The notes below the pieces were generated by a model. That model saw only the letters and a list, made by a program, of their open reading frames with translations. It ran no database searches and had not been told where the DNA came from. Shown piece by piece: positions 42,761-51,729 of a stretch of 64,000 bases of DNA (positions within the stretch are counted from its first letter, which is position 1; each line of letters begins with the position of its first letter). The DNA comes from Gammaproteobacteria bacterium (GTDB taxonomy: Bacteria; Pseudomonadota; Gammaproteobacteria; Natronospirales; REEB76), in contig DATIVR010000017.1 in NCBI GenBank assembly GCA_035465695.1, positions 71 to 64,070 on the forward strand. Reading direction: 5' to 3'. The position numbers and the translations under genes were made by a program.

Positions 42761-43572
42761 GACAGGTCGTCCTCGCATGTGGTGCAGTGGCGTTGGCGTT
42801 CGGGATGGCGGGATGCAGCACGCGCGACGCGCCTAGCGAGCCCGTGACCGTCACCGCCGATATCCCGGCCGCCGGTCTCCAGCATCTCAAATTCGACGGC
42901 ACTTCCGGCGACACCAAGATCGGCATATCCCCCGATGATGCCGTGCATGTGAAACTCGTGCTCCAACAGCAGGAGCGACGCATCCTGGGCATGCCCGTGG
43001 CCAGTGATGCCACCCTCAGGGACGTGGAGCGCGCGAAGATAGCCCAGGACAGGAAAGGTGATCTGCTCACCGTGACCGCCAGCTATCCCTCGGGAAGCAG
43101 CCACGATAGTGACGTGAAGACGCAGTGGACCATACAGGTCCCGGCCCGCTTCGGTGTGGACAGCACCATGAAGGCGGGGCGCATGATCATCGAGGGCATG
43201 ACGGGCGGCGTGAAGGCGCAGCTCGCGGCCGGCGAAGTGGTGATCCACGTGCCATCCGGACCCATCTATGGCCACCTCAGCGCCGGCAGGTTGCATGTGA
43301 TCTCGGATGCCTTGGAGCCGCGCAACGTGAAGGTGAAGAGCACCTTCGGCCTGGCGGTCCTCAGTCTGCATGGGGAGTATTACGGCCCGCCGCCGGAGAA
43401 GGATGACGGCTTCTGGAGTCATCTGCATATGTTCGGCAACACCCTGAACGAGCATGCAGGCGGCAAGGACGACGCCGACCTGGAAGTCACTGCCGGTCTC
43501 GCCGACCTGCGCTTCGGGCCGCTGGGCGACAAGGAAATACGCCGCGACATGTTCACGGAAGATATGGACTGA
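42757..43572 (+). CDS. Toastrack/DUF4097-like lipoprotein (paralog B)
   Basis: Its ATG overlaps the paralog A stop (ATGA, 42757-42760). Lipobox GMAGC. Co-linear with paralog A (DDAVHVKLVLQQQERRIL vs DDKVHVQVTLRHKERQFL; GDLLTVTASYPSG..WTIQVPARF vs GDRLTLSLSYPHSG..WDVQIPPRL). Confidence 0.7.
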   Translation: MRQVVLACGAVALAFGMAGCSTRDAPSEPVTVTADIPAAGLQHLKFDGTSGDTKIGISPDDAVHVKLVLQQQERRILGMPVASDATLRDVERAKIAQDRKGDLLTVTASYPSGSSHDSDVKTQWTIQVPARFGVDSTMKAGRMIIEGMTGGVKAQLAAGEVVIHVPSGPIYGHLSAGRLHVISDALEPRNVKVKSTFGLAVLSLHGEYYGPPPEKDDGFWSHLHMFGNTLNEHAGGKDDADLEVTAGLADLRFGPLGDKEIRRDMFTEDMD

Positions 43573-43578
43573 TCCCGC

Positions 43579-43598
43579 GCAGCCGCGCCCGCGGCTGC
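43579..43598 (+). other. GC-rich hairpin GCAGCCGC-GCCC-GCGGCTGC between paralog B and the serine hydrolase gene
   Basis: An 8-bp perfect stem in the 48-nt gap, followed by CATTCATT (weak U-tract). Possible partial terminator or RNA processing element inside the cluster. Confidence 0.3.
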
Positions 43599-43620
43599 CA
43601 TTCATTGGGGAGACCGGGAG

Positions 43621-45504
43621 ATGATGCGCCGATTCGGCACCCTGCTGCTGTGCTGTGTGTTGCCGTCGGCGGTGCTGGCTGCGGCGCCCACCCCGCCGCC
43701 ACAGGACATCCCGTCCTTGCAGAGACAACTGGATAAGTTCCGGGCGGACGCCGGCGTCCCGGGGGTGGGCGTGGCGCTGTTCGACCGTAATGGCGTCACT
43801 TGGGCGGGCGGCCTGGGTTATGCCGATGTGGCGAAGCAGCAGCCGGTCACCGTCGATACGTTGTTCCGCGCCGGTTCCATCACCAAGGGTTTCGTGGCGG
43901 TGGCGCTGCTGCAACTGGTGGACCAAGGCAAGGTGCGCCTCGACGCGCGCCTGAAGGACATCGCGCCGGAGATCCCGGTGGATAACCCCTGGGAGGACAC
44001 CGACCCCGTCACCCTGGCAGAGGTGCTGGAGCACACCGCCGGTTTCGACGACATGCATTTCCCGCGGCTCTACAACTTCCACGAGCCGGCCGACATCCCG
44101 CTGCTCACGGTGATCCAACGCAGCAAGTCCGAACTCAGGGTGCGCTGGCGCCCCGGCACGCGCACCTCATATTCCAATCCCGACTATCTCATCGCCGGCT
44201 ACCTCATCGAGAAATTCACCGGCGAGCGCTACGAACAGTACGTCACCGACCATGTGCTGCGACCACTGGGGATGGCGCAGGCCAGTCTGGCGCCCGATCC
44301 CGCGTCGGTACCGGGGCTCGCGCAAGGTTACGAAGGCCAGCCGCAACAGCCCATCAGACCGGTGCCGATCTACCTGAGACCCGCCGGAGCGCTGGATGTC
44401 TCGCCCACTGAACTCGCGCACTTCGGCATCATGCTGCTGGATCGCGGCGAATGGCAGAACCAGCCGTTCCTCTCCGCTGCCAGCGTCACGCGCATGGAGA
44501 CTCCGGAGACCGGCGGTGGCGCACGTCACGGCCTCGACTATGGCTACGGCCTCGCCAACTACACGAGCTATATCGGCGCCGACGAGTTCCATGGCCATGA
44601 CGGCGGTATCGACGGGTTCATATCCCGCTATGCCTACGCCCCGGATCAGGGTCTCGGGTTCGTACTGATGGTGAACACCGGCAGCCCCGGCAAGTTCATG
44701 CGTGAGGCCTCCGGGCTCTTGGCGGGCTATCTCATGCGCGGCCAGCCCACGCCGGTGATGCCCACCCCGGTGCCGGCCTCCGCCACCACCCTGGCGCAGA
44801 TGAGTGGTTATTATCGCGAGCGAAATCCACGCAACCAGGTGCTGGCAGTGGGCGATTACCTGTTCGGCGTGGCACACGTCTTTCCGGACGGAAAAGGCGC
44901 CCTCCGGGTCAAAGGCCTGTTCGAGGATTCGGTCACGTTGCTGCCGGCGGGCGAAGGCCTGTGGCGCGCCGAGAGACACAGCGGCGCCGACACCGTCAGT
45001 TACGTGGATAAGGACGGCGACGAGGTGCTGGATCGCGAGCCCAATGCCAGCGGCGAATATCTGGTGAAGACCAGCTGGGTCTCAGCTTACCTGCCGACGT
45101 CGCTGGTCTTCGCCGCGCTGCTGCTCATGCTCTCCAGCGTGCTGTTCGCGCCGGTATGGGGCTTCCGCAAGCTCATCGGACACATGCGCGGGGCAACCCA
45201 CTGGAGCGTGCGGGTGCTGCCGCTCCTGGCCAGTCTCGCGCTAGCCTGCATGCTGGGCGGCGTCATCAGCATCGCGCCCATCGAACTCGGTGTGGCCAAT
45301 GCCAGGACCGTGTCGTTCTTCGTCTTCTCGCTGCTGTTCGCGGCCTTGAGCGTCGCTGCCGTGGTGCAAGCGGTGCGTTCCTATCGGTGGGACCTGAACC
45401 GCTGGATGCGCTGGCATTCGACGGCTGTAGCGGCGAGCTGCTTCGGTGTCACGCTGTTCCTGGCCTATTGGGGGATGATCGGCCTTCGGCTTTGGGCTTT
45501 CTAA
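43621..45504 (+). CDS. Serine hydrolase of the beta-lactamase/PBP (class C-like) family with a C-terminal 4-helix membrane anchor
   Basis: Signal peptide. SxxK = SITK in FRAGSITKGF. YxN = YSN. GHDGGIDGF takes the place of the third motif. The last ~160 aa contain four hydrophobic helices. Confidence 0.85.
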   Translation: MMRRFGTLLLCCVLPSAVLAAAPTPPPQDIPSLQRQLDKFRADAGVPGVGVALFDRNGVTWAGGLGYADVAKQQPVTVDTLFRAGSITKGFVAVALLQLVDQGKVRLDARLKDIAPEIPVDNPWEDTDPVTLAEVLEHTAGFDDMHFPRLYNFHEPADIPLLTVIQRSKSELRVRWRPGTRTSYSNPDYLIAGYLIEKFTGERYEQYVTDHVLRPLGMAQASLAPDPASVPGLAQGYEGQPQQPIRPVPIYLRPAGALDVSPTELAHFGIMLLDRGEWQNQPFLSAASVTRMETPETGGGARHGLDYGYGLANYTSYIGADEFHGHDGGIDGFISRYAYAPDQGLGFVLMVNTGSPGKFMREASGLLAGYLMRGQPTPVMPTPVPASATTLAQMSGYYRERNPRNQVLAVGDYLFGVAHVFPDGKGALRVKGLFEDSVTLLPAGEGLWRAERHSGADTVSYVDKDGDEVLDREPNASGEYLVKTSWVSAYLPTSLVFAALLLMLSSVLFAPVWGFRKLIGHMRGATHWSVRVLPLLASLALACMLGGVISIAPIELGVANARTVSFFVFSLLFAALSVAAVVQAVRSYRWDLNRWMRWHSTAVAASCFGVTLFLAYWGMIGLRLWAF

Positions 45505-45515
45505 GGAGATTATTG

Positions 45516-46397
45516 ATGCAAGCTGTCATCCCCATGGTGAATCGGCGACCCGGGCTGCTTTGGGCCATCCTGCAGTTCCCACTGACCCGCATCGTGATCG
45601 GCTTCCTGGCTATCGGTGTATGGGTCGCTGCGATCCAGATCGGCACCAAGCTGGCACACGTAGCACCGCGTACTCCACTGCATGCGCTCCTGGGCCTGCT
45701 CATACCCGTCGGCGTGCTGGTGATCTACGTGGTGTTCGTTCGTCTCCTGGAGAACCGGGCCGTGGCAGAGCTCGCACCCCACGGCGCGCAGCGGTTCGCG
45801 GCCCGCGGCATCCTCGTAGGGGCCGGGCTTTTCTGCCTGAGCATGCTGGTGATGAAGCTGTATGGGGCCTGGACCTATCTGGGTGTCGCACCCATCTCCA
45901 ACCTGGCCTATCCGTTCATCTCGGCATTCATCGCGGGCATCATGGAGGAGGCAGTGACACGGGGCATCCTGTTCCGCATCATCGAGGAGAGCCTGGGGAG
46001 CTGGATCGCCCTGGTCATCTCGGCGGCGATCTTCGGGTTGCTGCATGTCTTCAATCCCGGCGCCAGCGTGATCAGTACCGCAGCCATCGCCCTGGAAGCA
46101 GGCGTGTTGCTGGCCGCCGCCTACATGTATACCCGCAGCCTGTGGTTCGTCATGGGCCTGCACTTCGCCTGGAACTTCACCGAGGGCGGCATCTTCGCGA
46201 CGTCCGTGTCCGGCGGCCCTACCGAGGGCGTGATCCGGGTGGGCTTCGTCAGCGGCAAGGACTGGCTCACCGGCGGCCAATTCGGCCCCGAGGCCTCGCT
46301 GCCGGCAGTGCTGATTTGTCTCGCGGCGGGTATAGCGTTCATCATATTGAGCGTGCGTCGCGGCCGGATCGTCAGGCCCTTCTGGAACCGAAAGTAA
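45516..46397 (+). CDS. CPBP-family intramembrane glutamic endopeptidase (CAAX protease/Abi family)
   Basis: Start placed at ATG 45516 with AAGGAG 7 nt upstream. The track ORF 45156 extension overlaps the hydrolase gene. Motifs EEAVTR (EExxxR), FGLLH (FxxxH) and HFAWN (HxxxN). Confidence 0.85.
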   Translation: MQAVIPMVNRRPGLLWAILQFPLTRIVIGFLAIGVWVAAIQIGTKLAHVAPRTPLHALLGLLIPVGVLVIYVVFVRLLENRAVAELAPHGAQRFAARGILVGAGLFCLSMLVMKLYGAWTYLGVAPISNLAYPFISAFIAGIMEEAVTRGILFRIIEESLGSWIALVISAAIFGLLHVFNPGASVISTAAIALEAGVLLAAAYMYTRSLWFVMGLHFAWNFTEGGIFATSVSGGPTEGVIRVGFVSGKDWLTGGQFGPEASLPAVLICLAAGIAFIILSVRRGRIVRPFWNRK

Positions 46398-46410
46398 GCT
46401 GGAGCTTCCC

Positions 46411-46896
46411 ATGCCCTCCTTCGATGCCGTCTCCAAGGTCGACGTCGCCGAGCTGACTAATGCAGTCGACCAGGCCAGCCGGGAGATCTCCCAACGTTAC
46501 GATTTCAAGGGTTCGTCCGCCGCCATCGAGCGCGCCGAAGACATGCTCACGGTGTTCGCGGACAGTGAGTTCCAGCTCAAGCAGGTGACGGACATCCTCT
46601 ACGCCAAGGCCGCCAAGCGCGGTATCGACGTGGCCAGCTTCGACCCGCAGAAGATCGAAGCCATCAGCGGCGACAAGGCCAAGCAGGTGGTCAAGGTGAA
46701 GCAGGGTATCGAGAAAGAGCTGGCCAAGAAGATGGTCAAGCTGGTGAAGGACAGCGGCCTAAAGGTGCAGGCCGCCATCCAGGGCGATGAGCTGCGGGTT
46801 ACCGGCAAGAAGAAGGATGACCTGCAGGCCTGCATGGCGCTGTTCCGCCAGTCGAAGCTGGAACAGCCGATCCAATACACCAACTTCCGCGACTAG
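46411..46896 (+). CDS. yajQ: YajQ-family nucleotide-binding protein (UPF0234)
   Basis: 161 aa. MPSFDAVSKVDVAELTNAVDQASREISQRYDFKGS...QYTNFRD is near full-length co-linear with YajQ. GGAG SD. It starts 13 nt after the CPBP stop. Confidence 0.92.
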   Translation: MPSFDAVSKVDVAELTNAVDQASREISQRYDFKGSSAAIERAEDMLTVFADSEFQLKQVTDILYAKAAKRGIDVASFDPQKIEAISGDKAKQVVKVKQGIEKELAKKMVKLVKDSGLKVQAAIQGDELRVTGKKKDDLQACMALFRQSKLEQPIQYTNFRD

Positions 46897-46897
46897 C

Positions 46898-48079
46898 TCA
46901 GAACCGCACCTCGACCGCAGCGGCGGCACGTAGCGCCTTCGCCACCGCGGCTGCGATGCTCGTGTCGCGGGCCAGCGCCACGCCCATGCGGCGGTGACCC
47001 CGGATCTCCGGCTTGCCGAAGAGCCGCAGCATGGTATCCGGTTCCTGGAGTGCCGTATCCACATTCCTATATAGAGGGCCATCGGAATCGCCATGAGGCA
47101 GGATCACCGCCGAGGCGGAGGGTCCCAGCTGGCGGATCACCGGGATGGGCAGTCCCAGGATCGCGCGGGCATGCAGCGCGAACTCCGAGAGATCCTGCGA
47201 GATGAGCGTGACGAGACCGGTGTCGTGAGGCCGCGGTGAGACCTCGCTGAACCACACCGCATCGCCTTTCACGAAGAACTCCATGCCGAAGATACCGCGG
47301 CCCCCCAGGTCATCGGAGATCAGCTTGGCCATGCGTTGCGCTTCCGCCAGTGCTTTCTCGCTCATGGGCTGGGGCTGCCAAGACTCCCGGTAGTCGCCAT
47401 CCTCCTGGCGATGACCGATGGGCGCACAGAAACTGGTGCCGCCGGAATGACGCACCGTGAGCAGGGTGATCTCGTAATCGAAATCGATGAAGCCCTCCAC
47501 GATCATGCGGCCCTTGCCGGTGCGGCCGCCCTGCTGGCCGTAGTCCCAGGCATGCTGGATGTCCGCATCGGTCTTCACCACGCTCTGGCCCTTGCCGGAG
47601 GAGCTCATCACCGGCTTCACCACGCAAGGCATGCCGATCTCATGCACTGCGGCGCGGAAGCCCTCGAAGCTGTCGGCGAACCTGTAAGGCGAAGTGGGGA
47701 CCTCGAGTGTCTCAGAGGCAAGACGGCGGATGCCCTCCCGATCCATGGTGAGTCGCGCGGTGCGGGCGGTGGGGATCACGGTCCAGCCTTCGGCCTCAAG
47801 TTTCAGCAACTCCGGCGTGGCGATGGCCTCGATCTCGGGGACGATGTAGTGGGGCTTCTCCAGCTCCACCAGGCGCCGCACCTCAGCGCCATCCAGCATG
47901 TTGATGACGTGGCTGCGATGCGCCACCTGCATGGCCGGCGCGCGCGCATAGCGGTCCACGGCGATCACTTCCACGCCGAAACGCTGCAGCTCGAGCGTCA
48001 CCTCCTTGCCGAGCTCACCCGAGCCCAGCAGCATCACACGAGTGGCATTCGGGGTCAGCGGCGTACCAATCTCAACCAT
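46898..48079 (-). CDS. purT: Formate-dependent phosphoribosylglycinamide formyltransferase (GAR transformylase 2)
   Basis: 393 aa with [16 protein letters not shown], an ATP-grasp region and the PurT-typical C-terminus. Confidence 0.93.
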   Translation of the reverse strand: MVEIGTPLTPNATRVMLLGSGELGKEVTLELQRFGVEVIAVDRYARAPAMQVAHRSHVINMLDGAEVRRLVELEKPHYIVPEIEAIATPELLKLEAEGWTVIPTARTARLTMDREGIRRLASETLEVPTSPYRFADSFEGFRAAVHEIGMPCVVKPVMSSSGKGQSVVKTDADIQHAWDYGQQGGRTGKGRMIVEGFIDFDYEITLLTVRHSGGTSFCAPIGHRQEDGDYRESWQPQPMSEKALAEAQRMAKLISDDLGGRGIFGMEFFVKGDAVWFSEVSPRPHDTGLVTLISQDLSEFALHARAILGLPIPVIRQLGPSASAVILPHGDSDGPLYRNVDTALQEPDTMLRLFGKPEIRGHRRMGVALARDTSIAAAVAKALRAAAAVEVRF

Positions 48080-50102
48080 CGGCGGCTCCAGTCGCGGTCT
48101 TCAGGTTCTTCTTGCGGCTTTCACCGCGCAGCAGACGTTCTTCGGCATCCTGCAGCCTCTCGGGGGTGCCCCACAGCACCACCACGTCGCCTTCCTTGAG
48201 CACGGTGACCCCCGGCGGTTGGCGGCCCACCACGCCCTCGCGGCGCAGCGCCGTCACCACCACACCGAGTGATTTCAGATCCATCTCCGCGAGCGTGCGC
48301 CGCACGCCGTGGGCGCCCCGGTCCAGGGTCACCGTGTGCAACTGCTCGCGGAACGCATGGGTGGTGTCGATGGGCACCGCGTCCTGGCCGCGGAACACGC
48401 TGCGGAGCAGGCTGTAGCGGTGTGTGCGCACTTCCTGGATCTTGCGCAGGATGTGCGACATGGGCACGTCCAGCACATGCAACAGATGGCTGGCGAGCAT
48501 CAGGCTGGATTCGAGAGTCTCCGGGATGATCTCGGTGGCGCCGGCCGCCTGCAGCTTGTCCAGCTCGGCGTCATCACGGGTGCGCACCAAGACCGGCAGG
48601 TCGGGCCTGAGCTTCTTCACGTGCTCCAGGATCTTCAGCGCCGTGGAGACCTTGAAGTAGCTGATGACCAGCACCCGTGCGCGCTCGATGCCAGCGGCGC
48701 GCAGCACGTCCAGGTTGGTGCCATCGCCGTAATAGACCGGGTCGCCTGCTTCGCGGGCGTGGCGCACGCGCACCGGGTCCAGATCCAGCGCCACGAACTC
48801 GAATCCTTCCGGTTCCAGCAGCCGCGCCACGTTCTGGCCAACGCGCCCGTACCCTACGATCACCACGTGCTTGTCCAGGTGCACCTGGTGGCGGCCGATG
48901 TCGTGCTGCAACCGATCATGGTCCTCGAGGTCGCTCTCGGGGAAGATGCGGTCCGCCAGCGTGCGGTTATAACGGATGAGGAGCGGTCCCATGAGCATGC
49001 TCACCACGATCACCGCCAGGCCGAACTCCGCGAGCTGGGGCCGCATGATGCCTTCGGCCAGGCCCAGGGAGAGCAGCGCGAAGCCGAACTCGCCGCCCTG
49101 CGCGAGCACGAGACCGGTGCGCAGGGCGGCGTTGTTGTCCGAGCCCAAGCGCCGGCTCAATACCGCCACCAGCGCGATCTTGAAAAGCGAGATACCGAGG
49201 ACCGCGACGATGAGCAGCAACCAATGCCGCTCGACGACGCGAGGATTGAGCAGCATCCCCACGGTGATGAAGAACAGTCCGAGCAGCACGTCGCGGAACG
49301 GCCGGATGTCGGCCTCCACCTGGTGCCGGTATTCGGTCTCCGCCAGCATCATCCCGGCCAGGAAGCCGCCGAGGGCTAGCGACAGACCGAGGTAAGCGGT
49401 GCTGAAGGCGGCCGCCATGGTCACGAGCAGCGCCGTGAGCGTGAACAGCTCCGCGGAACGCGCGGTGGCGATCTGATGCAGCAGCGGACGCAACAGCCAG
49501 CGGCCCGCGGCCAGGATCACCACCACCGCCAGCGCGCCCTTGCCGAAGGCCCACAGCATGTCGTTGGCGATGGCGCCGCCACCGGCGCCACGGGTCATGG
49601 CCGGGATCAGGATCAGGAAAGGGATGACCGCCAGGTCCTGGAACAGCAGCACCGCCACCGCGGAGCGGCCATGCTGCAGGCCGATCTCGTTCTGCTCGGT
49701 GAGCTGCTTCACCGAGATGGCGGTGGAGGACATGGCGAAAGCGCCGCCCAACACGATGGCCACTTCCGTGCTGGTGCCCATGAGCCTGGCCATGCTCACC
49801 GTTGCCAGCGTGGTGAACAACACCTGTGCCCCCCCCAGCACGAACACCGACTTGCGCATCACCCAGAAGCGGGGCACCGAGAACTCCAGCCCCAAGGTGA
49901 AGAGCAGGAACACCACGCCGAACTCGGCGAGCTCGCGGGTATCCGTGCTGTCGGTGACCAGGCCGATGCCGTGGGGACCGACCAGATAACCGGTGAGCAG
50001 GTAAGCGAGGACGGCAGGCAGGTGCAGGCGACGCATGGCCGCCACCACGAACACGGCGACGCTCATGAGGATCAAGATGGAACGCAGCGTGTTGTGTTCC
50101 AT
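48072..50102 (-). CDS. CPA2-family monovalent cation:proton antiporter with TrkA-N and TrkA-C domains (KefB/KefC/YbaL-like)
   Basis: 676 aa. About 12 TM helices in an Na_H_Exchanger-type core, then [12 protein letters not shown] (Rossmann TrkA-N) and a C-terminal TrkA-C-like segment. Its stop overlaps the purT start by 8 nt. Confidence 0.88.
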   Translation of the reverse strand: MEHNTLRSILILMSVAVFVVAAMRRLHLPAVLAYLLTGYLVGPHGIGLVTDSTDTRELAEFGVVFLLFTLGLEFSVPRFWVMRKSVFVLGGAQVLFTTLATVSMARLMGTSTEVAIVLGGAFAMSSTAISVKQLTEQNEIGLQHGRSAVAVLLFQDLAVIPFLILIPAMTRGAGGGAIANDMLWAFGKGALAVVVILAAGRWLLRPLLHQIATARSAELFTLTALLVTMAAAFSTAYLGLSLALGGFLAGMMLAETEYRHQVEADIRPFRDVLLGLFFITVGMLLNPRVVERHWLLLIVAVLGISLFKIALVAVLSRRLGSDNNAALRTGLVLAQGGEFGFALLSLGLAEGIMRPQLAEFGLAVIVVSMLMGPLLIRYNRTLADRIFPESDLEDHDRLQHDIGRHQVHLDKHVVIVGYGRVGQNVARLLEPEGFEFVALDLDPVRVRHAREAGDPVYYGDGTNLDVLRAAGIERARVLVISYFKVSTALKILEHVKKLRPDLPVLVRTRDDAELDKLQAAGATEIIPETLESSLMLASHLLHVLDVPMSHILRKIQEVRTHRYSLLRSVFRGQDAVPIDTTHAFREQLHTVTLDRGAHGVRRTLAEMDLKSLGVVVTALRREGVVGRQPPGVTVLKEGDVVVLWGTPERLQDAEERLLRGESRKKNLKTATGAADG

Positions 50103-50171
50103 GACCCCAGGTACACCCCAAGCAAATCAGTGACTTGCATGATAGCTAAAAAAGTTCCGCCTGCCCTCGAT

Positions 50172-50196
50172 GCCGGCAAATTTGCCGGCCTTTTTG
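50172..50196 (+). terminator. Orphan intrinsic-terminator-like element in a divergent intergenic region
   Basis: Perfect 18-bp palindrome GCCGGCAAATTTGCCGGC followed by CTTTTTG on the + strand. No + strand gene lies upstream. It sits 106 nt before the amidohydrolase ATG. Confidence 0.5.
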
Positions 50197-50301
50197 CGGC
50201 TTATCACCGAACCAATCGGCGGCGCGCCGCTCCAAAGGGCAACACAGGCACTATGCTGTGGCTCCGGTCCCAGGCTGCCATTTCAATAAAGAGGTACGCC
50301 C

Positions 50302-51729
50302 ATGTCCCCACGCCAGTTCCTGCCGGCCGCCTTCTCGGCGGCGGTGCTCCTGCTCGCGGCGCCAGCCCTCGCCAATTCCCCCGCGGATGCCCCGGCCGGC
50401 GGCCCGCCGGATTATTCCTCCGCCACGGAGTTCCCGCCGGACCCGTTCCCCTCCACTTACCAGCCGCTGCCCTCGGTGCCGACCCTGATCCAGCACGTCA
50501 CCCTCTACACCGGTGACGGCGCCGAGATCGACGACGCCGACATCCTCCTCAAGGATGGCAAGGTGGCCGCGGTGGGCAAGCATCTGAGCCCGGGCGCCGG
50601 CGTCACGGTGATCGACGGCACCGGCAAGTTCGTGACCCCCGGCATCATCGACGTGCACTCGCATCTGGGCGTGTATCCCTCGCCGCAGGTGGATGCGTTG
50701 TCCGATGGCAACGAGCTCACCAATCCGGATACCGCCAACGTCCGCGCCGAGAACTCGGTGTGGCCCCAGGATCCGGGCTTCAATACCGCCCGCGCCGGCG
50801 GCGTCACCACCCTCGAGATCCTGCCAGGCTCCGGCAACCTGTTCGGCGGCCGCTCGGTGGTGCTGAAGAACGTTCCGTCCGTCACCACCGAGGGGATGAA
50901 GTTTCCGGGCGCGCCCTTCGGCCTCAAGATGGCCTGCGGCGAGAATCCCAAGCGCGTCTATGGCAGCCATGGCCAGTTCCCTTCCACCCTCATGGGTGAC
51001 GTGGCGGGTTACCGTCAGGCTTGGGCGGATGCGCAGGCCTATGACAACCAGTGGAAGGCCTGGGAGAAGGACAAGAAAGGTCCGCCGCCGGCCCGCGACC
51101 TGAAGATGGAGACCCTCGCCGAGGTGCTGAACGGCCGCGTGCGGGTGCAGATGCATTGCTATCGCGCCAACGAGATGGCCGACATGCTGGATGTGGCCAA
51201 GGAATTCCACTACCACATCGCCGCCTTCCACCACGCGGTGGAGGCCTACAAGATCCCGAAGTTGCTGGCCGCCAACGGCACCTGTGCGGTGATGTGGGCC
51301 GACTGGTGGGGCTTCAAGATGGAAGCCTGGGATGGCATCCGCGAGAACATCCCGATGGTCGATGCCGGCGGTGCCTGCGCCATGATCCACTCCGACGACG
51401 AGAACGGCATACAACGCCTGAACCAGGAGACCGCCAAGGCCTGGGCTGCGGGTAACCGGGTCGGACTCAACATCAGCGAGGCCCATGCCATCATGTGGAT
51501 GACGCTGAACCCGGCCAAGGCGCTCGGCATCGACGACGTCACGGGTTCACTCGCGCAGGGCAAGGATGCGGACGTGGTGCTGTGGACCGGCAATCCCTTC
51601 AGCGTCTACAGCCACGCCGAGAAGGTATTCGTCGACGGTGCGCTGGTCTACGACCGTGATGATCCCAAGCGGCAACCCAAGTCCGACTTCGAGCTCGGCA
51701 AATTCGGCCAGATGGGAGGTGCCCTGTGA
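50302..51729 (+). CDS. Exported metal-dependent amidohydrolase (imidazolonepropionase/prolidase-like superfamily)
   Basis: Signal peptide ...LLLAAPALA. GIIDVHSHLG (HxH metal motif), VQMHCYRA, AAFHHAVEA and MIHSDD. Confidence 0.85.
   Translation: MSPRQFLPAAFSAAVLLLAAPALANSPADAPAGGPPDYSSATEFPPDPFPSTYQPLPSVPTLIQHVTLYTGDGAEIDDADILLKDGKVAAVGKHLSPGAGVTVIDGTGKFVTPGIIDVHSHLGVYPSPQVDALSDGNELTNPDTANVRAENSVWPQDPGFNTARAGGVTTLEILPGSGNLFGGRSVVLKNVPSVTTEGMKFPGAPFGLKMACGENPKRVYGSHGQFPSTLMGDVAGYRQAWADAQAYDNQWKAWEKDKKGPPPARDLKMETLAEVLNGRVRVQMHCYRANEMADMLDVAKEFHYHIAAFHHAVEAYKIPKLLAANGTCAVMWADWWGFKMEAWDGIRENIPMVDAGGACAMIHSDDENGIQRLNQETAKAWAAGNRVGLNISEAHAIMWMTLNPAKALGIDDVTGSLAQGKDADVVLWTGNPFSVYSHAEKVFVDGALVYDRDDPKRQPKSDFELGKFGQMGGAL

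Noticed and set aside
45156-45515. Upstream extension of the CPBP protease ORF (track start 45156)
   Set aside because: It overlaps the membrane-anchor region of the serine hydrolase in another frame and has junk composition. ATG 45516 has an AAGGAG SD at ideal spacing just after the hydrolase stop.
48072-48079. 8-nt overlap between the CPA2 antiporter stop and the purT start, as a sign of a functional link
   Set aside because: Short same-strand overlaps are common in compact genomes. The two functions have no known connection, and the purT start could also be slightly misassigned.
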